A DNA stretch of 60,133 nt, from positions 1-60,133 of IMG/VR virus record IMGVR_UViG_3300013111_000391. One strand, 5' to 3'. Position 1 is the stretch's first letter. The number at the start of each line of letters is the position of its first letter. The translations under genes and the position numbers were made by a program. This document shows, piece after piece, positions 1 through 8,323 of this stretch. The notes under the pieces were generated by a model. It was not told where the DNA came from. It saw nothing but the letters and a program-made list of their open reading frames with translations, and searched no databases. The DNA comes from a virus. Lineage: Duplodnaviria > Caudoviricetes.

Positions 1-630
1 GGATCAGCAGGATCTTCTGGTGATGATGGAACTTCTGGTTCAGCAGGATCAGCAGGCAGTACAGGTTCGGCAGGTTCAGCGGGCACAACAGGTTCCGCAG
101 GGTCCGCAGGGTCCGCAGGTTCGACTGGATCTTCTGGATCCTCTGGAACATCCGGTGCCGATGGTTCAGACGGTGATAGTTATCAAACTACATCATCATC
201 AGAATTAACTATTGGTACAGGATCAAAATCATTAACAGTTGATACAGGATTATCATATTCAATTGCACAAACTGTTTTGATTGCTTATGATGGTTCTAAT
301 ACTATGGAAGGGTCTGTTACATCTTACACTGCAGGTACAGGTGCTTTAGTTATAAATGTAACAAGTGTTACTGGTTCTGGTACAGAATCATCTTGGGATG
401 TTAATCTTGCAGGAGCCTCTGGTGGCGATGGCACATCTGGTTCAGCAGGTAGTGCAGGTTCTTCTGGTTCAGCAGGTAGTGCGGGGTCGGCAGGCACAAC
501 AGGATCGACTGGTAGTGCAGGATCAACAGGATCAGCAGGATCATCAGGTACAACTGGTACATCTGGTTCTTCTGGAGCAGATGGTGTTATTGGTACATCT
601 GGTTCTTCTGGAACAGATGGTGGTGCAGGT
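1..630 (+). repeat. Coding 9-bp-period repeats (ggN-tcN-gca/tct) in two tracts, about 1-177 and 412-630
   Basis: Recurring ggttcagca/ggatcagca/ggttcttct units encode Gly-Ser-Ala and Gly-Ser-Ser triplets. Confidence 0.85.
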
Positions 631-1416
631 TTTGACTATCGAAATTTAGCAACGACCGCCTATAGAGTTTCAACCTCGGGAAATAATTACATATTAAAAC
701 ATCCAGATGGAACACAACTATCAGGTAACAATCCTACAATAAGAATTAAAGCAGAACAAACAATATGTTTTTATCTTGAAGGTGTGTCGGCCAGTCATCC
801 ATTCGCAATAAGAAGTGCATCCGGTGATGCAAATGATTACAATACAGGTTTGGTGCATTTTGATGGAACATCGACATATGTGACTGGATCATCAGCACAA
901 GATAAGACATCAGGATATTTGTTTTGGACACCTCCACAAGCATTAGGTGGAACCACTTACAAATATCAGTGTATTAATCATGCATCTATGATAGGTGATA
1001 TTGAAATTAGTAGTATTCAAGGTGGTGCTACTGGTTTGCAAAATAGAGTATCCACTTCTGCTACAACAAGTTCAATTGCTGATGATGCTTCTGATAATAT
1101 ATCTGTAACAGGATATAATTCTTATGCTCTTCTTTCCGTACAGACTGATAGAGCCGCCTGGGTGACAGTATATTCATCATCTTCTGCAAGAACATCTGAT
1201 GCATCAAGAACTATTGATACTGATCCGGAACCTGGTAGTGGTGTAATTGTAGAAGTTGTAACAGATGCGGCTGATACTCAAATTATCACACCAGCGGCGG
1301 TTGGTTTTAATGAATCTACGAGTGATAGTGGTACGATTTATATGAAAGTTGTTAATTTGTCTGGTTCTACAAGTACAGTACAAGTTACACTTACAGTTCT
1401 AAAATTGGAGAACTAA
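1..1416 (+). CDS. Tail fibre / virion structural protein with Gly-X-X (GSA/GSS/GTS) repeats and a candidate cupredoxin-like domain (5'-truncated by the window)
   Basis: Frame 1 is open from base 1 (GSAGSSGDDG...) into ORF 277..1416. Two Gly-X-X Ser/Thr tracts, an HPF...YQCINHASMIG motif and a Ser/Thr-rich beta-type C-terminal domain. Confidence 0.75.
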   Translation, partial: GSAGSSGDDGTSGSAGSAGSTGSAGSAGTTGSAGSAGSAGSTGSSGSSGTSGADGSDGDSYQTTSSSELTIGTGSKSLTVDTGLSYSIAQTVLIAYDGSNTMEGSVTSYTAGTGALVINVTSVTGSGTESSWDVNLAGASGGDGTSGSAGSAGSSGSAGSAGSAGTTGSTGSAGSTGSAGSSGTTGTSGSSGADGVIGTSGSSGTDGGAGFDYRNLATTAYRVSTSGNNYILKHPDGTQLSGNNPTIRIKAEQTICFYLEGVSASHPFAIRSASGDANDYNTGLVHFDGTSTYVTGSSAQDKTSGYLFWTPPQALGGTTYKYQCINHASMIGDIEISSIQGGATGLQNRVSTSATTSSIADDASDNISVTGYNSYALLSVQTDRAAWVTVYSSSSARTSDASRTIDTDPEPGSGVIVEVVTDAADTQIITPAAVGFNESTSDSGTIYMKVVNLSGSTSTVQVTLTVLKLEN

Positions 1417-3032
1417 TGAGTGAAGAAAAAGAATATATTGTTACTTTACATCGAAAAAAAGATGCAGAACAATTTTATGAAGAGATGGAGACCAATAAAT
1501 CTACTGAATCCATACCTTCTAAGAATTTTTATTGTGATAAGAGAAGAGAAATAAGCAGAAACACGCATTATTATATGACAGATGAAGAAGCCAGACAAAT
1601 TATGAATGATGATAGAGTGATGGCGGTAGAAGAACCTCCTGAAAATAGAGGTATTGAAGTAAGACCAGCATTTGAGTATGATAGTACAACTCATTTTGAC
1701 AAAGGTGGTTCAACGTCAAACTCTAAAGTTCAATGGGGTATTTTGAGATGTTGTTCTGGAATATCTTCATCGGCAGAATATGCAGGAAGTTGGTTGCCTC
1801 GATCAATAGTCAGTACAGGAAATGAAGAAGGTCAAAATGTCGATATAGTTATTGTTGATGGTTGTATTGATCCGGATCATCCAGAAATGGCTGTTAATTC
1901 TGATGGTACTGGCGGAACAAGAGTTGTACAGAGAAATTGGACCAGTTCTTATACATATACACCTTATGTTGATAGTGGAAATAGTAGTCGAACAAACGAT
2001 AACAATCATGGGTGTCATGTAGCAGGTACGGCGGCAGGTAACAGACAAGGTTGGGCAAGACAAGCAAACATTTATAATTTAAATCCATATGGTTCCGCTC
2101 CTACAAACATAAATTCTTCTTTAATCTTTGATTATATAAGAACATTTCATAATGGAAAAACAAATGGTAATCCAACAGTCGTAAATAATAGTTGGACGTA
2201 TATTGCTTATGATACATATCCTATTAGTACAGTTGTATATCGAGGAACAACATATAATAATGTCAGTCTGACCGATGGTAATGATTATGGTATAAATCAT
2301 GCAAACACAACTCATTGGTTAGTACACTCACGAGTTAGTGGTGTTGATGCAGACTTGACAGATTGTATAGATGATGGTATTATAGTTATTGGTGCCCATG
2401 GAAATTATAATATGAAAATAACTGCAAATACATCCGATCAAGATTATAATAATTATCTATATGATGGAGGATCGACAAAATTTTATTGTAAAGGGGGATC
2501 ACCAACACACTCTGCTGGCACTATTAGTGTAGGATCTGTATATAATGCATATACTGGTGGTTCAAGTAGAAATGATGCTACTGCCTATTACAGTAACAAA
2601 GGTGATAGAGTTGATGTTTGGGCACCAGGTAGTGCAATACAAAGTTCAGTTCATTCTGGTGGTGTAGCCGATGATAGAGATAGTAGTTATTATATAACAC
2701 AATATAATGGTACAAGTATGGCATCACCACAAGTTACTGGTATTGTAGCATGTGTAGTTGGTGTTTATAGAGATTTTACACAAGCAGATGTTTTAGATTA
2801 TTTAATTAGCAGATCAACATATGATCAACTATATGATTCTGGTTCAGCAGATCATGATAACACTTACAATTTGATGGGTGCACCTAATAGACATTTACAT
2901 TTTCATAGAGAACGTAAAATATCAGGTCATGTAACACCAGATGCAGATAGACGAATACGAGATACACATTCTACTTCTACAAGACAGACTTACCCTAGAA
3001 TGAAACGAAATTATTTGAGTGGAAACTCATAA
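1416..3032 (+). CDS. S8 family (subtilisin-like) serine peptidase
   Basis: Catalytic triad motifs IVIVDGCID (Asp), NHGCHVAGTAAG (His) and NGTSMASPQVTG (Ser). The start overlaps the fibre stop (taATG). Confidence 0.92.
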   Translation: MSEEKEYIVTLHRKKDAEQFYEEMETNKSTESIPSKNFYCDKRREISRNTHYYMTDEEARQIMNDDRVMAVEEPPENRGIEVRPAFEYDSTTHFDKGGSTSNSKVQWGILRCCSGISSSAEYAGSWLPRSIVSTGNEEGQNVDIVIVDGCIDPDHPEMAVNSDGTGGTRVVQRNWTSSYTYTPYVDSGNSSRTNDNNHGCHVAGTAAGNRQGWARQANIYNLNPYGSAPTNINSSLIFDYIRTFHNGKTNGNPTVVNNSWTYIAYDTYPISTVVYRGTTYNNVSLTDGNDYGINHANTTHWLVHSRVSGVDADLTDCIDDGIIVIGAHGNYNMKITANTSDQDYNNYLYDGGSTKFYCKGGSPTHSAGTISVGSVYNAYTGGSSRNDATAYYSNKGDRVDVWAPGSAIQSSVHSGGVADDRDSSYYITQYNGTSMASPQVTGIVACVVGVYRDFTQADVLDYLISRSTYDQLYDSGSADHDNTYNLMGAPNRHLHFHRERKISGHVTPDADRRIRDTHSTSTRQTYPRMKRNYLSGNS

Positions 3033-3038
3033 AAAAAC

Positions 3039-3067
3039 TTGACAATATGACAGTGTTACGTTATTAT
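3039..3067 (+). promoter_or_regulatory. Sigma70-type (early) promoter
   Basis: TTGACA (3039-3044), 17 bp spacer, TATTAT (3062-3067), intergenic, with an A-tract upstream. Confidence 0.8.
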
Positions 3068-3110
3068 ATGTTTGTAATGAGTTTTTAAACCTTAAACTAC
3101 GAAAGGTAAT

Positions 3111-3314
3111 ATGTCAGAAGAAATGGTCGCAAGACTGATTAGCGAATATCGTGCAGAAGCATATGCTACTGCAATGGCCGCACGAGATGTACATGCATCT
3201 ATTGATGCGGCGATGATTGAGTTTTGTGATGAAGTTATTGAGAGACATGGGCTTGAAGAAGCCGATGCAGTGGAAGTCACCAAGGCTTTCGTTGATGAAT
3301 ATAGTAACCTTTAA
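3111..3314 (+). CDS. Small acidic hypothetical protein
   Basis: 67 aa ORF with an aaggt RBS, directly after the promoter. Confidence 0.7.
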   Translation: MSEEMVARLISEYRAEAYATAMAARDVHASIDAAMIEFCDEVIERHGLEEADAVEVTKAFVDEYSNL

Positions 3315-3328
3315 TTATAAATTTAAAA

Positions 3329-3568
3329 ATGTTTGATGTTAATCCATTCAAAAAACAATTGGATGTTCGTCATCTAATTCATGAAGACTATAAGTATGCC
3401 GCCATGGATTGGGACAGAACATGGTGGGTCTTTACACATAAACCTAATTGTGTAGATGATATGTGGGATTCAAAAGAAGGTCGTTCAGAAAAAATTGTTG
3501 AACGAGCAGTTGAGACCACAGATTGGCGTAGTTCACTTGTTGAACTTGAAACAATTATTGAGGACTAG
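3329..3568 (+). CDS. Hypothetical protein
   Basis: 79 aa ORF with an AMDWD..WW...KP...W....DWRSSL pattern typical of small phage proteins. Confidence 0.65.
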   Translation: MFDVNPFKKQLDVRHLIHEDYKYAAMDWDRTWWVFTHKPNCVDDMWDSKEGRSEKIVERAVETTDWRSSLVELETIIED

Positions 3569-3580
3569 TAGTGGGCATGT

Positions 3581-3655
3581 GCCCCGATAGTTAAATGGAT
3601 ATAACAGTAGACTTCTAATCTTCTATTTCAGGTTCGATTCCTGGTCGGGGTACCA
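3581..3655 (+). tRNA. tRNA-Arg (TCT)
   Basis: Acceptor stem GCCCCGA/TCGGGGT, anticodon loop CTTCTAA, T-loop GGTTCGATTCC, encoded CCA. Confidence 0.9.
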
Positions 3656-3849
3656 TGATTGTACAAGGTATAGCAAACAAAGTAGTACAAACAGTTGTGT
3701 CTAGAAAAATTGCTAATAAGATTTATCCTGTTATTGATAAATCTGATCCTGGTTATGTTGTAGAAATTACAAAAGTTGTTTGGATTCCTACTAAATACCC
3801 GAAAGCAATTGGTTATGACAGGTACGGTAGATATACATTTGATAAATAA
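3655..3849 (+). CDS. Small hypothetical protein between tRNAs
   Basis: 64 aa ORF exactly filling the Arg-Thr spacer. Confidence 0.5.
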   Translation: MIVQGIANKVVQTVVSRKIANKIYPVIDKSDPGYVVEITKVVWIPTKYPKAIGYDRYGRYTFDK

Positions 3850-3925
3850 GCCAGCGTAACTCAATTGGTAGAGTAGCACACTTGTAATGTGAAAGTTGGG
3901 GGTTCAATTCCTCTCGCTGGCTCCA
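3850..3925 (+). tRNA. tRNA-Thr (TGT)
   Basis: Acceptor stem GCCAGCG/CGCTGGC, anticodon loop CTTGTAA, T-loop GGTTCAATTCC, encoded CCA. Confidence 0.92.
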
Positions 3926-3940
3926 AAATAAATATAAACA

Positions 3941-4081
3941 ATGGCAAAATCAGTAGGTACATACGTAAGAAAAAAGTTAAAGAGGTATAAGAGAACTTCT
4001 ATTGGAAAGTCTCGATGGTCGAGACCTAAAAATAAAAATAAGAGAGGTAATTGGAAACGATATCGTGGCCAAGGAAGATAA
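3941..4081 (+). CDS. Small basic protein (46 aa) ending KRYRGQGR, not in the supplied ORF track
   Basis: Translated by hand: MAKSVGTYVRKKLKRYKRTSIGKSRWSRPKNKNKRGNWKRYRGQGR*. The YRGQG end resembles small proteins I recall from marine T4-like phages. Confidence 0.75.
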   Translation: MAKSVGTYVRKKLKRYKRTSIGKSRWSRPKNKNKRGNWKRYRGQGR

Positions 4082-4174
4082 AGATTTTTATTTTGAAACT
4101 TTATGTGAGTATAAACGTCCTGATGGTACCAGGGGGTGGATAATAACTGTTAAACCTAAACCCAAAAAGGAAAA

Positions 4175-4408
4175 ATGAAGGGTAGACAGGGAAAACGCAT
4201 GAGGCAGGAAAATGCCTTGAAACGTACAGAGACACAACTTGCTCTGTATAAAACCGGACTCAAAGATCAGCAGGATGAGGTCAAGAGAGCCAAGAAAGAG
4301 AAAGATAAGCCAAATCTTTCTCTTGCACAAGAGTGGGTCAAAACTCTCACAAAGAAGATTGAGAGAGCAGAGACTACAATTCGCAATACCCAAGCAAATC
4401 TTAGATAA
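4175..4408 (+). CDS. Hypothetical basic coiled-coil protein
   Basis: 77 aa ORF with an aagga RBS. Confidence 0.65.
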   Translation: MKGRQGKRMRQENALKRTETQLALYKTGLKDQQDEVKRAKKEKDKPNLSLAQEWVKTLTKKIERAETTIRNTQANLR

Positions 4409-4414
4409 TCATAC

Positions 4415-4489
4415 TCCTCGGTAGTTCAGTGGTAGAACGGTAGACTGTTAATCTGCTTGTCGTAGGTTCGAATCCTGCCCGAGGAGCCA
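4415..4489 (+). tRNA. tRNA-Asn (GTT)
   Basis: Acceptor stem TCCTCGG/CCGAGGA, anticodon loop CTGTTAA, T-loop GGTTCGAATCC, encoded CCA. Confidence 0.95.
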
Positions 4490-4492
4490 CAT

Positions 4493-4569
4493 CGGAGCGT
4501 AGTTCAATCTGGTAGAATGCATGGTTTGGGTCCATGTGGTTACAGGTTCAAATCCTGTCGCTCCGACCA
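4493..4569 (+). tRNA. tRNA-Pro (TGG)
   Basis: Acceptor stem CGGAGCG/CGCTCCG, anticodon stem CATGG/CCATG with loop TTTGGGT, T-loop GGTTCAAATCC, encoded CCA. Confidence 0.95.
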
Positions 4570-4581
4570 GGAATAAATATT

Positions 4582-4854
4582 ATGAAGTACAATGAACGTC
4601 AAATAATACAACATCTTGAAGATTATATTGATAGCACCTATTCTCAACATTATACGAAAGGTGATTTTCAGATACAAGATTTGTTTGAGCATATAGATAT
4701 TGCGGAAGAATTTTGTAGAGGTGCCGCAATTAAATATCTTATTCGTTTCGGTAAGAAAGAGGGTAAGAATGAAAAAGACCTCCTCAAGTGTTTGCATTAT
4801 GTTATATTAATGTATCATTATTGTGGTTTTGACAAAAAATTAATACAGGAGTAA
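4582..4854 (+). CDS. DUF3310/SaV-like conserved phage protein
   Basis: YSQHY...FCRGAAIKYLIRFGKKEG....DLLKCLHY motif. Start moved to the ATG at 4582, after the tRNA. Confidence 0.8.
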   Translation: MKYNERQIIQHLEDYIDSTYSQHYTKGDFQIQDLFEHIDIAEEFCRGAAIKYLIRFGKKEGKNEKDLLKCLHYVILMYHYCGFDKKLIQE

Positions 4855-4857
4855 AAT
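4829..4857 (+). promoter_or_regulatory. Possible sigma70 promoter
   Basis: TTGACA (4829-4834), 17 bp spacer, TAAAAT (4852-4857). The -10 element overlaps the next ATG, so function is uncertain. Confidence 0.45.
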
Positions 4858-5164
4858 GGCTGAAAATACTGGCGGAAGTGAAGAAAAAAGCAGAGAAGAA
4901 AAATATGCTTATTTTGCAAATAGATATCAAATAATGGTCGAAGATGTAAATGGTAAAAAATGTGCTATGCAACAACCATTTGAAACTTTGGAAGAGGCTA
5001 AACAAGAAATCGGACCAATACATCAAAGACATCCGTATAAAACAATTATGCATGGTGAAGATGTTTACATGGTGTGGCAAACTTTAAGAATATATAAAAG
5101 AACAGATGTATATCCATATAAATGTGATTATAATACAATATATTATGAAGAGGTTTCAACATAA
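4856..5164 (+). CDS. Hypothetical protein
   Basis: 102 aa ORF with an aggag RBS. Confidence 0.65.
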   Translation: MAENTGGSEEKSREEKYAYFANRYQIMVEDVNGKKCAMQQPFETLEEAKQEIGPIHQRHPYKTIMHGEDVYMVWQTLRIYKRTDVYPYKCDYNTIYYEEVST

Positions 5165-5180
5165 TTCAATTTTTTGAGTA

Positions 5181-5188
5181 TATAAATA
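5181..5188 (+). promoter_or_regulatory. T4-type late promoter (gp55-dependent)
   Basis: Exact TATAAATA in intergenic DNA upstream of the cell-wall hydrolase. Confidence 0.7.
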
Positions 5189-5260
5189 CATCTACAAACA
5201 TTTTTACTATGTTTTATTTGTTGACTATTTGAAATGGATTTCAAAACTAACGGAGTATAT

Positions 5261-5854
5261 ATGGGATTTTTCCAGAAAATCCTCTGTATATTGACTGCAC
5301 TCGCAATCTATCCAGCCACCATCGTAATTCCAAAACAAGATACCCTTGATAGGCAATTTTTCGTTCCAAAAAAAGAACGAATAATAGAGATTAGACAATA
5401 TGAGTCAATTGCAGAGAGAGAAAAACAAATTTCATGTCTACAAAAGAATGTTTATTTTGAGGCGGCAGTTGAATCAACTGCAGGTAAATTGGCAGTCGCA
5501 CATGTGACCTATAACAGAGTTAAAAACAAGTATTTTCCAAATTCATTTTGTGATGTGATTTATCAAGGAAAACATTATTCAACTGGACACCCAGTGAAAG
5601 ATAGATGCCAATTTTCCTGGTATTGTGATGGAAAGCATGATATACCATATCCAGGTCCTACTTGGGAAAGTACACAAGAATTAGCATCATGGTTTTATGA
5701 CAATAAAGACACCATGAGAGATATTACTGATGGTGCTTTATACTATCATGCAGATTATATTCCAAATCCTAAATGGGCAGTTTCTAAAAAAACACAAAAA
5801 ACAGTACAGATAGATACACATATATTCTATGCAAGAAAAGACTTTATGTTTTAA
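5261..5854 (+). CDS. Cell wall hydrolase (SleB / Hydrolase_2 family)
   Basis: CL..NVYFEA..E...G..AVA.VT.NRV....FP...C.VIYQ, CQFSWYCDG and GALYYHA motifs, with an N-terminal hydrophobic segment. ggag RBS before ATG 5261. Confidence 0.9.
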   Translation: MGFFQKILCILTALAIYPATIVIPKQDTLDRQFFVPKKERIIEIRQYESIAEREKQISCLQKNVYFEAAVESTAGKLAVAHVTYNRVKNKYFPNSFCDVIYQGKHYSTGHPVKDRCQFSWYCDGKHDIPYPGPTWESTQELASWFYDNKDTMRDITDGALYYHADYIPNPKWAVSKKTQKTVQIDTHIFYARKDFMF

Positions 5855-5870
5855 ATTATAATGGAGCATT

Positions 5871-6872
5871 ATGAAAAAAGGTGACGTGGATATACCACAA
5901 CATACTCCTGGTAATATGGCTGAAAACTCCATGGGTGGAACTGAACTTCTGACCATGGAGTTATTCAAGAGACTTCCTGAAGAATACAAAGACTATTTTC
6001 AATTCATTATTTCTCGCAAATATGAACTTGAAGATAAGCCTCGTTTATACTGGCTTCATGATTTGGCATTAGATCCCGTTCATAGTTTTTTGACAGAACC
6101 TAATGGTATATCTTTATTTGAGAAGTTAGTGTTCGTCAGTCATTGGCAACAACAACAATTTAATACTCTTCTCAAAATACCATACTCAAAAGGTGTCGTA
6201 ATTAAAAATGCGATTGATCCAATTGTGTATCATGCCAAGCCAAAAGACGGTCCTTTACAATTGATGTATTGTTCTACTCCTCAAAGAGGACTTGATGTTT
6301 TATATGGTGCATTAAGTCTACTTGACAGAGATGATTGGCATCTACATGTATATTCTAGTTATTCGTTATATGGATGGAAACAAAATGATGAACCATTCAA
6401 ACCATTATTTGAAAAAATAGAAGAACATCCAAATATGACAAATTATGGTGCAGTTCCTTATGATGAGTTACGAGAAGCATGGAAAAAGATGCATATATTG
6501 GCGTATCCATCAACGTGGCAAGAAACATCATGTCGAGTAGCAATGGAAGCAATGTCGGCCCATTGTGCCGTAGTTACATCTAATTGGGGTGCATTACCAG
6601 AGACATGTGGTGAATATGGCTACATGTACACGTATACAGAAGATAAACAAGAACACGCAGTTCGCTTTGCTGATGAACTTGAAGATGTAATGGATGAGTA
6701 TTGGTCTGACAAAGTGCAGAAAAATCTTGACAATGCACAAGAATATGCGTATACTCATTATAGTTGGTCAAAACGCATTTCGCAATGGACCTATTTTCTT
6801 GATAACCTCAAGTATGAGATTGAATATGACAAAACGTTTGAAGAAAAAACCAGGACGCCCGAAGATCAGTAA
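5871..6872 (+). CDS. Glycosyltransferase (GT-B, GT4-like)
   Basis: MGGTE, WLHD, STPQRGL and YPS..QETSC..AMEAM....GALPET motifs. Confidence 0.85.
   Translation: MKKGDVDIPQHTPGNMAENSMGGTELLTMELFKRLPEEYKDYFQFIISRKYELEDKPRLYWLHDLALDPVHSFLTEPNGISLFEKLVFVSHWQQQQFNTLLKIPYSKGVVIKNAIDPIVYHAKPKDGPLQLMYCSTPQRGLDVLYGALSLLDRDDWHLHVYSSYSLYGWKQNDEPFKPLFEKIEEHPNMTNYGAVPYDELREAWKKMHILAYPSTWQETSCRVAMEAMSAHCAVVTSNWGALPETCGEYGYMYTYTEDKQEHAVRFADELEDVMDEYWSDKVQKNLDNAQEYAYTHYSWSKRISQWTYFLDNLKYEIEYDKTFEEKTRTPEDQ
6727..6755 (+). promoter_or_regulatory. Sigma70 promoter embedded in the glycosyltransferase 3' end
   Basis: TTGACA (6727-6732), 17 bp spacer, TATACT (6750-6755), about 70 bp before ATG 6826. Confidence 0.7.
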
Positions 6873-7458
6873 AGACGATCACAGACCAAAGAAAAAACGT
6901 ACTCGCAATATTACGGAAGAACAACGTGAAGTATTGCGACAACGTATGGCTGAAATGCGTAAGAAACGCAAACCTGCCGAGTATAAAAATATTCATCATA
7001 CTGTATTGTCTAAACCAGAGAATGACAAACTTTCTATGAAGAATGTCAAAGCATGGATCAAAGAAGCCAAAGAAGATGCGGCGGCTCATGCTAAGAATGC
7101 TCGTGGTCGGGGTATTACACCACAAATTCAACAACGTGAAATGGCAATGTCGGAGTCTAAAAAAGCATACGTGAGACAGATGGAGCATTATCTCAAGACT
7201 GGTGATTGGATTGCTCAATTCATGGGCACAAAAGAGAATGAACTAACACAATGGAAGTGTCTTGCAATGGCATATAATGCTGATGGCACTCCAAAACGTA
7301 CTATTGGTGTTTGGTATCCTGACATTCGCATGACATGGACTAAGGAGATGGAAGACGGTAATTTTGAATTTGACAATGACCAAGAAGTGTCGTATGATGA
7401 AACCATTTCAATCACAGATATTAATTTTAGGAATAACGAACATAAACTTGCCTTATGA
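6826..7458 (+). CDS. Conserved hypothetical T4-like phage protein (basic N-terminus)
   Basis: Likely start MTKRLKKK at 6826. Motifs YL.TGDW and AY.ADGTPKRT.G.WYPD. Confidence 0.7.
   Translation: MTKRLKKKPGRPKISKDDHRPKKKRTRNITEEQREVLRQRMAEMRKKRKPAEYKNIHHTVLSKPENDKLSMKNVKAWIKEAKEDAAAHAKNARGRGITPQIQQREMAMSESKKAYVRQMEHYLKTGDWIAQFMGTKENELTQWKCLAMAYNADGTPKRTIGVWYPDIRMTWTKEMEDGNFEFDNDQEVSYDETISITDINFRNNEHKLAL
7370..7398 (+). promoter_or_regulatory. Sigma70 promoter upstream of rnh
   Basis: TTGACA (7370-7375), 17 bp spacer, TATGAT (7393-7398), inside the upstream CDS. Confidence 0.7.
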
Positions 7459-8315
7459 TATTAGTTGATTATAGCCAGATTGCTATTGCAAACTTAATGC
7501 AATCAGCAAGACAAGGTGTGAATGAAGATATGGTACGCCATATGATACTGAATACGTTACGTATGTATCGTAACAAGTTTTTGGATGAATATGGTGAACT
7601 TGTATTATGTTGTGACAACTCAAATAACTGGCGTAAAGAGATATTTGAGCATTACAAAGCACCTAGAAAAATACAACGTGAAAAGTCTGATTTCGACTGG
7701 AATAACCTTTTTACAATACTAAATAATATTAGAAGAGAGTTACAAGAAACATTTCCTTACAAAATGGTATATATTAACCATGCAGAAGCAGATGATATTA
7801 TTGCAACTCTCGTGATGAACCGTGAAGAAAAACTGAATGGTGTTGTATCTGAACAAGAACCCATATTGATATTATCTAGTGACAAAGATTTTGTTCAATT
7901 ACAACGATTTGAAAATGTGAAACAGTATTCACCACTCAAAAAGAAATTTCTAAATACAGACAATCCAGAGACTTTTTTGCGTGAACATATACTCAAAGGT
8001 GATCCTAGTGATGGAATACCTAACTTTTTGTCTTCTGATGATACCTTTGTGACTGAAAAACGACAAAAACCATTGTCTAAGAAAAAGTTGTCTGTTTGGT
8101 GTGAACTTGATCCTGAACATTTTTGTGAAGGAGAAATGTTACGCAACTATCAACGTAATGAAATATTGATTGATCTGACTCGTGTCCCATTAGATCTACA
8201 AGAACAGATCATGGATAGTTATCATGAACAACCAACCAATGGTCGTTCAAAACTTTTCAATTATTTTGTAAAACATAAACTCAAAAATCTTATGGAAAAC
8301 ATAAGTGAATTCTAG
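7455..8315 (+). CDS. rnh: T4-like RNase H (5'-3' exonuclease)
   Basis: MILVDYSQ, WRK..F.HYKA.R, EADDIIA, ILSSDKDF.QL and GD.SDGIPN motifs. Confidence 0.93.
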   Translation: MILVDYSQIAIANLMQSARQGVNEDMVRHMILNTLRMYRNKFLDEYGELVLCCDNSNNWRKEIFEHYKAPRKIQREKSDFDWNNLFTILNNIRRELQETFPYKMVYINHAEADDIIATLVMNREEKLNGVVSEQEPILILSSDKDFVQLQRFENVKQYSPLKKKFLNTDNPETFLREHILKGDPSDGIPNFLSSDDTFVTEKRQKPLSKKKLSVWCELDPEHFCEGEMLRNYQRNEILIDLTRVPLDLQEQIMDSYHEQPTNGRSKLFNYFVKHKLKNLMENISEF

Positions 8316-8323
8316 GAGCGTGT

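Noticed and set aside
1-649. Short repeats as a CRISPR array, and ORFs 20..208 and 365..649 as Gln/Val-rich peptides
   Set aside because: The repeats have a 9-bp codon period with no spacers. Those ORFs are off-frame shadows of the Gly-X-X fibre.
3628-4797. Minus-strand ORFs 3628..3879, 4088..4393 and 4540..4797, and the 4534 start
   Set aside because: They are antisense to, or overlap, tRNAs and better-supported plus-strand genes.
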